A DNA stretch of 64,000 bases from contig OZ249442.1 of assembly GCA_965235115.1 (NCBI GenBank), positions 19,716,001 to 19,780,000 on the forward strand. Reading direction: 5' to 3'. Shown one piece after another: positions 1 through 13,357 of this stretch. Each line of letters begins with the position of its first letter. Position 1 is the stretch's first letter. This stretch comes from Laetmonice hystrix (Eukaryota). A program made the position numbers and the translations under genes. The notes beneath the pieces are model-generated. The model saw only the letters and a program-made list of their open reading frames with translations, was not told the origin of the DNA and did not search any database.

Positions 1-1581
1 TCTTTGGTCATTGCATGGAGTTGATAGATTAGTGACCTTGACAGCCAAGTCACATCAAACTGAGGACACAAAGCACTGAATGAATGATACAATGCCATCA
101 TCATGTCATGTATATGTAGGCATATCAAACCTGTATATGAGACCTGTAATACAACACCACATAATTAACCTGACGCTATAATACAAAGAAACATCTGAGA
201 CAAATGGCTATACATGTATAAGAACTGTACATGTAGAGACCTATATTATAATATACGTTTAGGAATGGATGAGTTGAAGGATGCGTGCACACATTATAGT
301 TAATTATGCAAACAGTGTTTATCGCCATCGTGGTATTTCTTTTCCCCAATCTGTGTAAGTAGTAACCTTCTATAAAGAACTAATCCTCAGGATGTGCTAC
401 CTTTTCCTAGCTGTCAATTTAGATTAGCCCTCGTCACGTGTTCCTTACCACTCCAAGCCTGCACTACCGTACGGTTTTTAATAAACACTGGCCCTGAGTC
501 GGGCCCTTGTCATATGGGGCGGGGCAATGGTTAGTTTATATTCAATACACAACCGCCTCATTTAATTGAATTTTACCCGGATCCCCGTCGGATCGCACGT
601 GTCAAAGGTACACTCGCGCGCCCCTAATACTTGCCTGGGCGGTTCGGATTAGACGACGCCCGGTGAGGTGGTGGGTGTGTGCCCTGCCCCCCACTCCGTC
701 AGGGGTGTGCCTTGCCCCCGGCCCGGACATTGCTCCAATCTCGGCTACGTAACGCTCAATAAGCCACCGTTAGCCACTCAATTACTCGTCGGATTTTGCT
801 CCATCCGTCTAATACTGGGGTTACTCCAATAACTCAATATTAGTATAATTTCATAAGTTTGTATTGGAGTGGCGCGGGGCGGTGGCCGGCAGCCTGGATG
901 GAGGCCGGGGCCTGTGTGAGGGGGGCCCGGCCCCGTGCTGACATTGTTTGGCTGGCCGGATTAACGTCGTATTTCTCGGGAATACCGTGTGACAGATATG
1001 AATACGCCCCCCTCCCCTGCAGGCCCGGGGTTGGGGGCGAGGGCTCCGCCCAGTGTCATTACATTTGTCACGGCATCTAAACGAGCGCCGCCGTGGACGG
1101 CCTCCGCTTCAGATTTCCTGAGATTTCGCGGAATTTCTGGGCCTTATGGCATTCAAGGTGTGCAGGGCTTAAGTGGCTGGAGAGACGGCCGGTTTGTGCC
1201 TGGCGTGATGGCTGAAGGCAAGTGGAGGGGTGGGTGGGAAGTGGGGTGGGGTGGCGGAGTCGTTCACTACGGTCCTATAGCCCGACACCCCAGTCCGTGA
1301 TCCTCGCCTTCAGCATTCAGTGAAGGGCATGCCGGGTGCAAGGGGCCACATATGATAACGTCCTGGGCTCACGCGCCCTGCGCCTTCCATGGCGGCTCGA
1401 TGGAGAGCATTTCTCCTCGCGATGCCTGAATCCCACAGATAAAGCGTCAAGGGAATAATGAGGGCACTCATGTGGCAAAACGATCGAGGTGATCCGCCCC
1501 CTAAAAAACCGCAGCCGGGGATCTCGTATGCCGGGGTTTGATAGGGACCGTCATTGTGAACCAGCCGGTGATCCGGCCCCC

Positions 1582-2770
1582 GGACAGCGGGCATTGGTCC
1601 TGGACGGCGGGCATTGGTCCTGGACTGCATCCATTGGTCCTGGACGGCGGGCATTGGTCCTGGACGGCGGGCATTGGTCCTGGACTGCATCCATTGGTCC
1701 TGGACGGCGGGCATTGGTCCTGGACGGCGGGCATTGGTCCTGGACGGCGGGCATTGGTCCTGGACTGCATCCATTGGTCCTGGACGCCTGCGGGCATTGG
1801 TTCCAGACATAGGGCATTGGTCCTATAGCTGGACTGCAGCCATTGGTATACCAGATGTATAGGGCATTGGTCATGGACTGCAGCCATTGGTCCTGGACGG
1901 CGGGCATTGGTCCTGGACTGCAGCCATTGGTCCTGGAAGACTGCAGGCATTGGTTCCAGACATAGGGCATTGGTCCTAGCTGGACTGCAGCCATTGGTAT
2001 ACCAGACGTATAGGGCATTGGTCCTGGACTGCAGCCATTATTCCTGGACGCCTGCGGGCATTGGTTCCAGACATAGGGCATTGGTCCTATAGATTGCAGC
2101 AATTGGTCTGAGACATAGGGCATCGGTCCTAGCTGGACTAGGTCCCAGACATAGGGCATTGGTCCCAGATGTAGGGCATTGGTCCTATAGACTGCAGCAA
2201 TTAATCCCAGACATAGGGCGTCGGTCCTAGCTGGACTAGGTCCCAGACATAGGGCATTGGTTCCAGACATAGGGCATTGGTCCTATAGACTGCAGGTCCC
2301 AGACATAGGGCGTCGGTCCTAGCTGGACTAGGTCCCAGACATAGGGCATTGGTCCCAGACGTAGGGCATTGGTCCTGGGCGGCGGGCATTGGTCCTGGAC
2401 TGCAGCCATTGGTCCTGGACGCCTGCGGGCATTGGTTCCAGACATAGGGCATTGGTCCTATAGACTGTAGTAATTGGCCCCAGACATAGGGCATTGGTCT
2501 AGGTGGACTGCAGCCATTGGTCCTGGACGCCTGCGGGCATTGGTTCCAGACATAGGGCATTGGTCCTATAGACTGTAGTAATTGGCCCCAGACATAGGGC
2601 ATTGGTCCTATAGACTGCAGCGATTGGCCCCAGACATAGGGCATTGGTCCTAGCTGGACTGCAGCCATTGGTATGCCAGACGTATAGGGCATTGGTCCTG
2701 GACTGCAGCTATTGGTCCTGGACGCCTGCGGGCATTGGTTCCAGCATGACTGCAGCCATTGGTCCCAGAC
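1582..2770. repeat. Complex minisatellite with core CATTGGTCC; ~20-bp units (GGCGGGCATTGGTCCTGGAC / TGCATCCATTGGTCCTGGAC) diversifying rightwards
   Basis: Directly visible periodicity; roughly 55-60 core copies. Confidence 0.97.
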
Positions 2771-5289
2771 CAGATCTTGGTACCAAGCACTGTTTGAGAC
2801 AATTTTAAAATTTACCTTTACAAGTCAATAAAAGTTTCTTTCCGACAGGCATGTATGCTAAATAGTGTAAATCTAGGACATGTAACCAACATGCCAGAGC
2901 AAGTAGCGTGGACACTACGACTTTTGCATATTTCTAATAAGTCGATGAACTTGATGAACAAATCTGAGTAATCGCCAATCTGACACAGGCTGTTGTTTTA
3001 TTCATATAAAAAGCTACGCTACAGGACAAGGTGGGGCGTAATTGTCTCGAGCATGTGAAATATGCGCACAGAATTAGCCATATGTTGGTTACAAGCACAG
3101 TTGTGGATGATTGCCCGGTTTATCAAGCGCCCCCTATGGTCAAGCTGGTGTGACAGCAAATAGAATTAATGCTGCTAATAAAATTGTACGTTTTATGGAT
3201 GTCTGGGTGCAGTTGACACATACGGTGAATTATGTTGCTCGCCTTGGCCCATCCGGCACAGTTGGTTAGGGTTGAGCAAGGAATTGGGCCAACTTTGGCC
3301 CATCTGGAACAGGTTGAGTTGAAGAAGTTGTTGGCCCGGGTAGAGGAAGGGGTTGGGCCAACCATAGCCTGTTTGTGATGGGTGATTAAGGCTGCGAGGG
3401 GAAGTTTTGGGGCTGGTTGGAGGTAGGTTTGGGTTCGTTTTTTGGGGACCGGTTCTGGAGGTTGGGGAGAGGGAAGGGATCACCAAAGGTTACTATTAAG
3501 TAGTATTGGAGATCTTAATTTAAGTTTCCTGGTTGAAGCACATTTGACAATTTTTCATTTATTCTATTTATATAGCTTATTTTTCGAAAGCATAATATAT
3601 ATTGTAAAACAAATAGTATCACAGTATTAACTCTACAACATATTACATATTTTATCATATTCGTATTACTGTTACAATAACAGTATACGCTTTCCTTTCA
3701 AGGAACCCCATTAGAGATTAAAACATCTGTAACCCGTATATAAGCAACAATAGTTATGTAGAAAGATATCACAACAGGCAAAGGGTAAAAGTAATGAACT
3801 TCGAATAGTATAAATCGTAGGTCTAACTGGATGGATGACATAAAGATTAATTCGACAGTATCATCAAGAAATTGCGTGAAAAGTGGCAATTCTTAGAATG
3901 TGAGACGTTCTAAACGCCCACCAGGTGGCACCCCATACAGGCGGGGTCCAATTTGACGTGGCTACGTCATATCGCTGGCATGCCTCTTTAGATAACAATT
4001 TTTATGTATGTGAGAGGGCGTGTGTGTTAAAATGATGAAAGAGTATGTTTTTAGAATGGTGGATTGGTAGTTTTACGTCTGTTGGCGACTGTTGGACATC
4101 TTCAGGGTGGGAACAACTCGGTTTTCCATTTTTTCCTGTCTGGTGTTGGTGATGACATGTTTTAAGGTAAAACAGGTTCCAGACTTGGTCATTCCAAGAA
4201 CATGTTGAGGCTGCAGTGTTGGAGAAACGCTGTGATCCTTATACTGTAGACATATATGCTGACCCTCCAGGTTACCTGAAAGTTAAGTAAGTTGTTTCCA
4301 GACATCAGAGAGATTTGTCACCAGGAACCACTGAACAAGTAGAAACGAATGAATTGCAGAGAAATATGTTCTCAGAGGAAGCGATTTATTTTCTGAGCTG
4401 GTCTGAGAACAGGAACCACTTAAACCATGTAGGCAGTTTTCTGGGTGTTGACGTGATGTATGTGTATATAAAGTGTATGTATGGTAGATATATAGCTGCA
4501 GGGCCGGTGGCTAGCCGCGAAATGGCTTCCCAGGTGGCGCGTCCATCGCCGCCGGCTGTTGCCCAACACACCACGGTGGAGGTGCGAACTAAGGAACGCC
4601 ACCTACCGACAGCTGTCCATCACTTCCCGTCATGCCGTGCGGCATGGCCCTGCGGCGGCCCCCAGCAGAATACCTTTGAAGTGCCGAGTGTATCGCACAC
4701 GCGCATGTACACTGATCGCATACTTGTCGTTCCTAGCACAGTGCGTCCCTTCTGTCCACAAACAGCAGTTGGAGTGGCAGTTAATTATTGGCAAACACCT
4801 CGCTTTGTTTTCTGGATGTGACCAACACTACCTGTACCTGAACCAAAAGGTCCGAAAGATTTATTAGTGTTAACGTTGGGCGTCATTTATCATTGTAATT
4901 CATAGTATATGTAGATTTATTCATCGAGTTATGATAGGCTGCAGTTTATGAGCATTCACACTGTTTCTGATTCTGTCAATGACATATAGCATTGGGTTAA
5001 TGGGCGTTGGGCGTGTCCGAATGCTGTCTCTTTATTCAGTTAACCAATGTTCAAAAATCAACACGTCTCTGAGAAACGACCATAAGGGACAGCAGGTCTC
5101 CGCGTACATAATCATTAACGTATAGCTATTTTAGTTTGTGTATTTTTATGTGTACATTTACATTATGTTGATAGTGTATTTATGATAATTTGGTAAACTT
5201 GGTGGAGAACAACATACACAGACATGTCAACGGACCAAGGTATAAGTGGATAATTTACACGCCATTTCTGATTCAGTGAGACACGACGG

Positions 5290-5410
5290 TGGGAGTGGAG
5301 GAAGAAAGAAAGAAAGAGAGAGAAAGAAAGGGAAGCGGGTAGAAATAAAAAGAAAGGGGAAAGTAGAGTGAGAGAAAGAGAAAAAGAAAGGAAGAAAAGG
5401 GATGGAGAAA
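5290..5410. repeat. GA-rich polypurine low-complexity tract
   Basis: Near-pure A/G run (GAAAGAAAGAAGAGAG...). Confidence 0.8.
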
Positions 5411-5808
5411 AGCAGTTAGAGACCGCTGAATATATTGGTAGAATTAAGTATTGCCTGCATGTGATTTACAACTCGTAAGACCATCAATTTTCGGGAAAAC
5501 CCATGATATATTTGGAGTAATATTTCATTATTACTGTAAATAATGATAGCGTAGCTGTCTGTGTGTATGGGGGGTGGGGGGTGGGGGTGGGGGTGGGGGG
5601 TGGGGGGTCTGCAGCCATAAGGTATATGAAATAGATAATATTTGATATAGACCTAATAAGGAATCTTTGTCCTGCGTGCACGGTGTGAGATTTCACTGTC
5701 ATAATAACAACCGTGCTGTTATACATGAGACCTCTTGAACACCCCCACGGCACGCAATATTTGTCTTCATCGGAGAATATCCCCGTGGTAACGTCCCACG
5801 AAATTGGA

Positions 5809-6410
5809 GATATAGGGATTAGGGTTAGGGAGCAGAGCTATAGGGATTAGGGAGCAGAGCTATAGGGATTAGGGTTAGGAGCAGAGCTATAGGGATTAGA
5901 GTTAGGAGCAGAGCTACAGGGATTAGGATTAGGAGCAAAGCTATAGGGATTAGGGTTAGGAGCAGAGCTATAGGGATTAGGGTTATAGGAAAGAGCTATA
6001 GGGATTAGGGTTAGGAGCAGAGCTATAGGGATTAGGGTTAGGAGCAGAGCTATAGGGATTAGGGTTATAGGAACAAAGCTATAGGGATTAGGGTTAGGAA
6101 CAGAGCTATAGGGATTAGGGTTATAGGAACAGAGCTATAGGGATTAGGGTTATAGGAACAGAGCTATAGGAGTTAGGATTAGGAGCAAAGCTATAGGGAT
6201 TAAGATTAGGAGCAGAGCTATAAGGATTAGGGTTAGGGAGCAGAGCTATAGGGATTATGGTTAGCAACAGAGCTATAGGAACAGAGCTATAGGGATTATG
6301 GTTATAGGAACAGAGCTATAGGGATTAGGGTTATAAGAACAGAGCTATAGGGATTAGGGTTAGGAGCAGAGATATAGGGATTATGGTTACAGGATAGAGA
6401 TAGGGATACA
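5809..6410. repeat. Minisatellite of ~27 bp (GGAGCAGAGCTATAGGGATTAGGGTTA) with embedded TTAGGG
   Basis: About 21 visible copies with small indels. Confidence 0.95.
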
Positions 6411-7769
6411 TGTTTAGTAGAGGTCTTTCGGGACCGAGGCATTGGGTTTATTTCTGCTGTAGGTAACATATACACGGCTGACGTGTAGGTAGCCTACCTA
6501 TAGCCTACCCTGGCAGATAATTTATATCCATACGCCATGACTATAATGACACGGAGTATATTCTCTGTCGCACAATATGACTGTCATATCTAAATCTTTC
6601 GGATAGTGCCTTGTTTTTCTATTTCATGGCATATTTTATGGCAGACGTGTACATGTATGCGTAAATATAGGCTCATATAAATCTATCTCGACTCGTACAA
6701 CTGGGGTGGCCACGTCACACATCGTGCATGTCGTGGATCGTTACTGTAACATATTGTGATTAATCACCAGATTATATTGATTTCGTACGCCAAGGATAAA
6801 CAATTTTTAATTTCCTATATTTCCGCCTCTGACTAATTAAACCGAACGCAGTAAAATAAATACGTTGTATGTAGTCACACATGCATGGACTTAATAGGAG
6901 GTGGTGGTATGGGCCCATAAATCCCAGGACCGTGTACACCGGAGGCGGTGAGCGGTGCCGTATGGTTCCGTGAGTGGAGCGGGAGGGGGGGGAGGGGGCG
7001 GGGGGGAGGGGGTGGTAGGGCCCGGTGGTCGGGCCAGTGTTGGCGGCCAGCGGCCCCCAGGGCCGGACCAGACCGACCACCACCTACACCCGCCCGGTGC
7101 CCCTCGAACACGGGCCCGGTCAACCTGGCCGTATTCTCCGGGCGTGTGTCCGCGGACTGGGAGGTCACGCTAAAGGCGACAAACCGTACACGGCGTTATT
7201 TATGGAGTGCCCTTTCCCATGTATGGGGCAAAGTCCGGACATACTAAGTCAACTACTCCCAGTGTATAGAGGTGTTGTGAATTCCTATCACGAAGACTGG
7301 AGTGATGTAGGGATGTCGGTAGGACAAACAGAGACAGTGATTGAGAATGGGAGCGGAGTCGATATAGAAAACGTCTCAGGTCCTTGTTTCTCATCGGGAA
7401 TAACAAGCAAGGAATCAGTAGTTGGAGGATATAAATTTATCGGAGCGGCTTAGTATCTTATTCTCCTACATTCTCTGCATATATAACGCACGACTGTAGA
7501 ATGTATTTCTAATACTGAGACGATGTCGGCCTACGTCTTTAAGCGTATGTTAGACGCGATATGGGGGACGGGCACTCCAATATTTTGTACGTGGGGGGGG
7601 GGGGACTACATGGGCTACATGCGTATTTATGTACTTAAACTTAAACTTACATACACTTAAATGCATTATGCGTTAATATCAGTATACATGTACGAAGCTG
7701 AAGTGAACGAGTGTTGGCAGGTCATTAATGAGACCGTCAGGGTATTATAGCCCTACAGGGTATTTATTA

Positions 7770-7828
7770 TACACGGGGTGTTTCAAAAGATCTGCATGGG
7801 GTTCGTTTTTGCTTACACACCCTGTATA
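7770..7828. mobile_element. Very short Tc1/mariner-like MITE remnant
   Basis: Left end TACACGGGGTGTTTCAAAA, right end CACACCCTGTA-TA; resembles TA-CAGGGTG...CACCCTG-TA ends. Confidence 0.4.
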
Positions 7829-8755
7829 GATTGGTAGCCGGGGACACGTCACGTCAACCTTCGGCCGCTTATAACGAAAATTATTATTTAATTTAAAAAA
7901 AAAAACAATAAAAATAAATTAGCACTGCGAGCACGCGTTGATTAGCGCGTCCAAAGGTTGTGAACGCGAGCAGAACGTGCGTGACAAATATAGAGACAGT
8001 GCACTGCGCGCGGGCTCCGAGACCTGCAAACAGCCGAGACCTGCAAACAATCAATAGTGGGTAGTCCGCCTTGAAATGAGCAGCTCGTGGAGGGTGAGTA
8101 GGGTACCCCATCCCGAGGTTTATGGACAAACAGGGTAGTCTCAGACAAAGGGGTTAATTCCTGCTCCCTATGCGGAGGATCAAAGGCGTCCACCCCCATC
8201 GAGCCACTTTAATTAAATCGATGTTGGCCCCAGAAGACAGCGCAAGGTCTTTTTTCGCTTCTTTCTCTCTCTCAACATGGCGCCTTTTCTCTCGTTAACC
8301 TCTGTTAGCACATTAAGACAAATGGTCCGGTTGGCACGGCTTGGGGTTTAATTAATAGCGTGAAATAGGCGCTTGATCTTTGGTCCCCGAATATTATCAC
8401 CGATCACGCGGGAAAAGGTAAAAATGGATACGCGAGAAATTGAATATTATTCATGGCTAAGGATCTGTGCTGTGATTTGGAAGGGTTTTAGTAAAATAAT
8501 GCTCATGGGTGGTGAATGTGGATGGGGTAGGTTTGGGTGGGGTGGTTGTACGTGGGGCTTTCGTGATTGTGCGTACTTGTGCATGCTGGGGCGGTGTGTG
8601 TGTGCGTATAGGGCTGTCGTGATTGTCTGTCTGTCTGACTCCTTTTCTCACTTTTCTCTCCTGTCTCTTCTGTATATTTCATTATGCATGTCTTTAATAA
8701 TTCTCTCTCCTCTCTCTCTCCTTCTCTCTCCCCCCTTTCTCATTCTCTCTCTCAT

Positions 8756-8977
8756 NNNNNNNNNNNNNNNNNNNNNNNNNNNNNNNNNNNNNNNNNNNNN
8801 NNNNNNNNNNNNNNNNNNNNNNNNNNNNNNNNNNNNNNNNNNNNNNNNNNNNNNNNNNNNNNNNNNNNNNNNNNNNNNNNNNNNNNNNNNNNNNNNNNNN
8901 NNNNNNNNNNNNNNNNNNNNNNNNNNNNNNNNNNNNNNNNNNNNNNNNNNNNNNNNNNNNNNNNNNNNNNNNNNNNN
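8756..8977. other. Assembly gap (N run) preceded by a CT-rich microsatellite
   Basis: N characters; CT-rich tract at about 8640-8755. Confidence 1.
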
Positions 8978-11154
8978 GGTGGCCGAGTGCCGGAGATGGA
9001 TGGAGGCTGGAATCACAGGGCCGAGCCACCGGAGATCTAGGTGCACCTTTCTCTGCAGGGGGTCCCCGGCCTCCGACCTTGTAATCCCACGGTCGCCCGG
9101 CTCTAATTAACCAAGACAAGATGCCGGACAAATTAAGCCTCCGACTGAATTACAAGAAACTACACATTATTGCAGAAATTTGAATAATGAGGTTTTTTGA
9201 ACGAGTAGATTGTAACAAAAGCCAAATTATACGGTTGGGACCGTAATCATTGGCCCCCGATTGACCCGGCCTGCCCTGCCGGATGGCCCCGTCAGCATGT
9301 CTCTGTCATGTATGCATCCCAGGAAGAAAGCCCAATGGGGAAATTAAATTTTCAATGTTAGTTACAATGGGGAGGTGTAGATAGGCTTACGATGGCGATT
9401 CAAGAGTGAAGAGGGTGTGTGTGGGGGTGAGGCGGGGGGATGGGGGGGGGGGGGGTGGTCACCTCAGGCGACGGCCGTGGTAATCTGTGAACACACTGTA
9501 TGGCAGAATATAACAGGGCGACTGAGACTGAGTGTGATCGCCTTGCCACTGTAAAACCTGCACACTGGCTCTGATCTCCTCCCCCCACTCTCTGTCAAAC
9601 CTGAACCCTGCACCTGCCTCCGCCCATATTAAAGGGAAATATGACCTGGTTAAGTAGTCCAGCCGGAGGCATGGCAACTGTGCCCTTAATAAAGTCGCTG
9701 TGTTTAAGATTTTAGACTCGCGAGGTTAGGGCGAGCTCAGCTCCCGAATGATGAATACTAAAGGAAATGTAGTGATGGCCAAATAGGAGGGCGAACGAGG
9801 GGAGCGGCAGTTACTACGGCCATTAGAGAGAGGAGTGTGTGTGATTGACCGCAGACCGTCCACATGAACGGTACACAATGATCGGGGGCGGGGCACGTCA
9901 GGAGACCGCTGCCAGTCCCGAGGACGGAGGGCCGGGCGGCGGTGAGCTGGGCATGCACCGGCCGTCGACACGCACGGACGGCGGCCCGAGCTCGCCCCGC
10001 CTGCCTCCCGGCCCCCGCGCCCCGACCTCCCCGACTGGCGACAATTACAGACCCCGTGCCACCCATCAGCGCCGACCGGAGCTCCGCCAACCCTATCATT
10101 TGAGGGAATTTAGCGACAATGGGTCAAATTGGCGAGTGCAATGGAAATGAACATGATTAGGGGAGCGCTGTTTTGGTGGCTGGGCTGAGGCGGTGGGTCA
10201 ATGAGGACCGTGCTCGCATGTGTCCGGCGTCATGTTAACAATCGGTACGGACGTGGGACGGAAGGCGGATACGAACGGACCAACGTCGACATGAACATGG
10301 ACACAGTTACGGCGGTACCAATCTACGAGCACAGGGTCGCTGTTCTGGAACAATGGCAGAGACAGCCACTTCCTGGTCGTTAAACTGGAAATATAAATAA
10401 ATCAATGAATAAATACTGAATATTAAACCAAATAAAATGAAGACAAAATGAAGGCGAACCATTAAATAATATATAGAAATCTATAGCAACACGCCTTTCT
10501 ATCACACCTACATGTATATCTATAGGCCCCGGTCTAGGCCTATAATAATATATGCGGCAGTGCCGTTTGGCTTCATCGTGATATACACGTATTTGTAATT
10601 ACCAGGCACGATGACGGGCTGAGACCACCGGAGCAGCCGCCAGAGATACCCTAGTCATGGATACCCTTATAATTAATCAATATCGGCCTAAGGATATCTC
10701 AATATACTTATATAGAGTTATTGAGGTAGGCACAAAGAAACACTTTATTATATTAATTGGGACGAATAATATATAGATAGGGAACATTGTTATAGTAAAT
10801 TATGGCGACACATTTTTCGTCGTTTGGCTTTAGAAATAACAATTGGGGCATGCTCTCGACAATATGAGTGGTGCGTCGTTTTAATGTTGCACTGAATGGG
10901 CTATAACAGATACTCGGAAAATTGCAATTTGTTATAGATTTGCCGGAAATCAACCCCCGAAAAGAAAGGTATTTTCACATGAATACGCCTTGAACCCTAT
11001 AGCAGCTGAAGTGGCATTACAATAGAGGGCTGCCCAGAGTACCAAGCAAATTTTGCTGTGTATAACCTGTATACAGAATTATAGTGTACAACGTTTTGAT
11101 GTTGTACGATGACATTATACATGTGACATCCATCCAGTCAACCGGTCTGGGCCA

Positions 11155-11301
11155 GGTTTTCTGGTTTACTTTTCCACTCCGAGCAAGGGTTAGCTGAGCT
11201 GAGACAACACAAGGTAAGGATGAGCACAGACATTTCATCCTCACCTCACCTTGTCCTCAGCTCAGCTCACCCTTGCCAGGGTGGAATAGTAAACAAAAAC
11301 C
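11155..11301. repeat. Long imperfect inverted repeat (foldback) with ~68-bp arms and an 11-nt loop
   Basis: Arm pairs: GGTTTT/AAAACC, GTTTACT/AGTAAAC, TTCCAC/GTGGAA, GCAAGGGT/ACCCTTGC, GCTGAGCTGAG/CTCAGCTCAGC, CAAGGT/ACCTTG, GGATGA/TCATCC. Confidence 0.9.
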
Positions 11302-13357
11302 CGGGTCCTGTATCATGGCCTGTTGACGAGGACCATGCCTTGGTGTTTACAGCCTGACGTGTGCATGGAGTCGGCCTCGGACAGTTCACCCTGACACACG
11401 CCTCAACACGTGTGAGTCCACCCTCCATTAACCACAGGGGACCAGGGGGCAGGGGGGTAATATTGGGGTATACACCCCTTGCCGACCTCGACGGGGAGCA
11501 CTGTGAGGGTAGTGGAAGGATAGGGAGACGGTACCTCGGACATGGTATCCCTAACTATTTACCCTGTAAACGAGCGTCTATTACCGACGTCACTTTGAAC
11601 TCGTATCGTCTGCTCACCGATTGGCGGGAGTGGCCTGCCTCTCTCGGTGTACCTAGAGACCCTGGCGGCGGAAACTTACACCTCGACACCACTGGCTCCC
11701 ATTAGGAGACGTGCACGTTGTCAGGGGATCGCGCGCCCGCCAGTAACCATGGCACCGGTATGATCAGTCGCTCTAAGGCAACGTCTGGAGGAGAGTTAGA
11801 GGTATGGGGTGTGGGATAGAGGGGGTAGACACCCCCACCCCCTGCGTCCTGTAGACGACATACGTCTGATGTAGGCCGGTACACGGACAGTGACGACCGA
11901 CGCTCTAACTGAAAACCGCCTTTGTCAGCCCTGATCGGTTTTCAAAGCCAAGATTTGTTTTATTGGGGTTTCCGACAAGTCTATCTGCGAGTCTGTTTTC
12001 GATAAGTTCATAAAATGATGTGGCGCCAGTGAGAAAACGTTTGGAAAACGAGAAGGAAAAGTGGTGCTGAAAAGAAGCTTTGGCCGAGGTGGAGATAACA
12101 TTGTGATAGCTCCGTTAAATGTGCGTTACTACGCATGGGTGTACCTAATGTATTATTAGGTGTGCACATGTATGTACCTGTATGTGTAGACATACGTATG
12201 CATCTGTCCGATATATGCTGTCTATGTATATATGTAGGTACGTGAATGTACATGTGTAAGATCTAAACCCCGACGATTTGATGCGGTCATTATATACTGT
12301 GCCCTAAATTCTGGTCTTGTTCACACTCTGTGTTACCAACTTTACATTGCTGTTTTCATCTCAGTACAAAGGTATTGGTCATAGTTCAGGTTTAACGGTT
12401 AACGTCACTTTTAGGAATTCCCCTTTCTGACCTTTGATCGCGTTTGATTTTCATATCCTCGTTAGTTTTTAAACGTACAGTGAAGGAATAATGGCGTAAC
12501 ACGTCCTTTGTCACAGCCATTTGAGCCTCTAACCATGCGACACTGAACATGGCATCTTATATTTTTTCCCCGTAAAATCAGATATTTTGTGTTGAACGGA
12601 CGTGTAGATAAGTATTAAGTAAAGGGCTTTAAATTACCCTAAAGTCAAGTAGAGAGAATTTGGTGAAACTTTATGAGGGTTCTCTGCGTTAAGTAGACAT
12701 CGGAGCTATAAATAATTGTGCAAAAAGGAGTAGGCGCCGAAGAGGTTGAGGGCGGTGGGGGAGGCCATATCTCAGAGAGCCGGGAGAGGGCGCTGTATAG
12801 GCCCTACCTGAACCTGCCGTACATACACACTCTCAGGTGGGTCGGCTGGGTTAACCAGACAGACGCCAGCGTCCATTCGTCTTCATGTTGGTGACGACAT
12901 GGCGGGAGTGTGAGTTATACACGGTGGGTCTGACCCTTGGCCCGGGCGACCCGGGGCCCTACTGCCGGGAACTTGAACGGGACCACCCGCCAACACATGG
13001 GGCGGGCATGCAGGCAGGTATAGGCGGGCCACGCCTGCATGCCCGCCCGACCGCCGCTGCACCGTATTATAGTACGTGTATATATGTGTCCATGTTAACA
13101 TTATTTTAATAAGGAACAAAGAGAGAGAGAACATTTTACTAAATACCATTATATATGCCAAGTATATCTTGTTATTAGGGCCTATACTAATTAAGAAGGC
13201 ATTCAAAGGAAATGTGGATACCCCGTAAATTCTTTGACCTGTGAGCCTTCGTACTCTGACCTGCATGCAGTAGATCTTTTTTTTGGAGTGATGTTCACTT
13301 TTCAATATGGGCACACATGGGAGGTGTGACGGAGAAAGTGGCGGCTTAAGAGACAAG

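Noticed and set aside
1310-2692. Multiple overlapping ORFs (SRTNARRPGPMP... etc.)
   Set aside because: These are translations of the CATTGGTCC minisatellite.
4080-4430. Possible decayed reverse-transcriptase fragment on the minus strand (…IRITAFLQ…)
   Set aside because: There is no intact Y/FxDD motif and several stops; the resemblance is too weak without a search.
11361-11705. GYTPL word suggesting an ankyrin repeat (Sowah is often linked to Irx)
   Set aside because: It lacks the rest of the ankyrin consensus (TPLHxA...G...V..LL) and has no clear splice sites.
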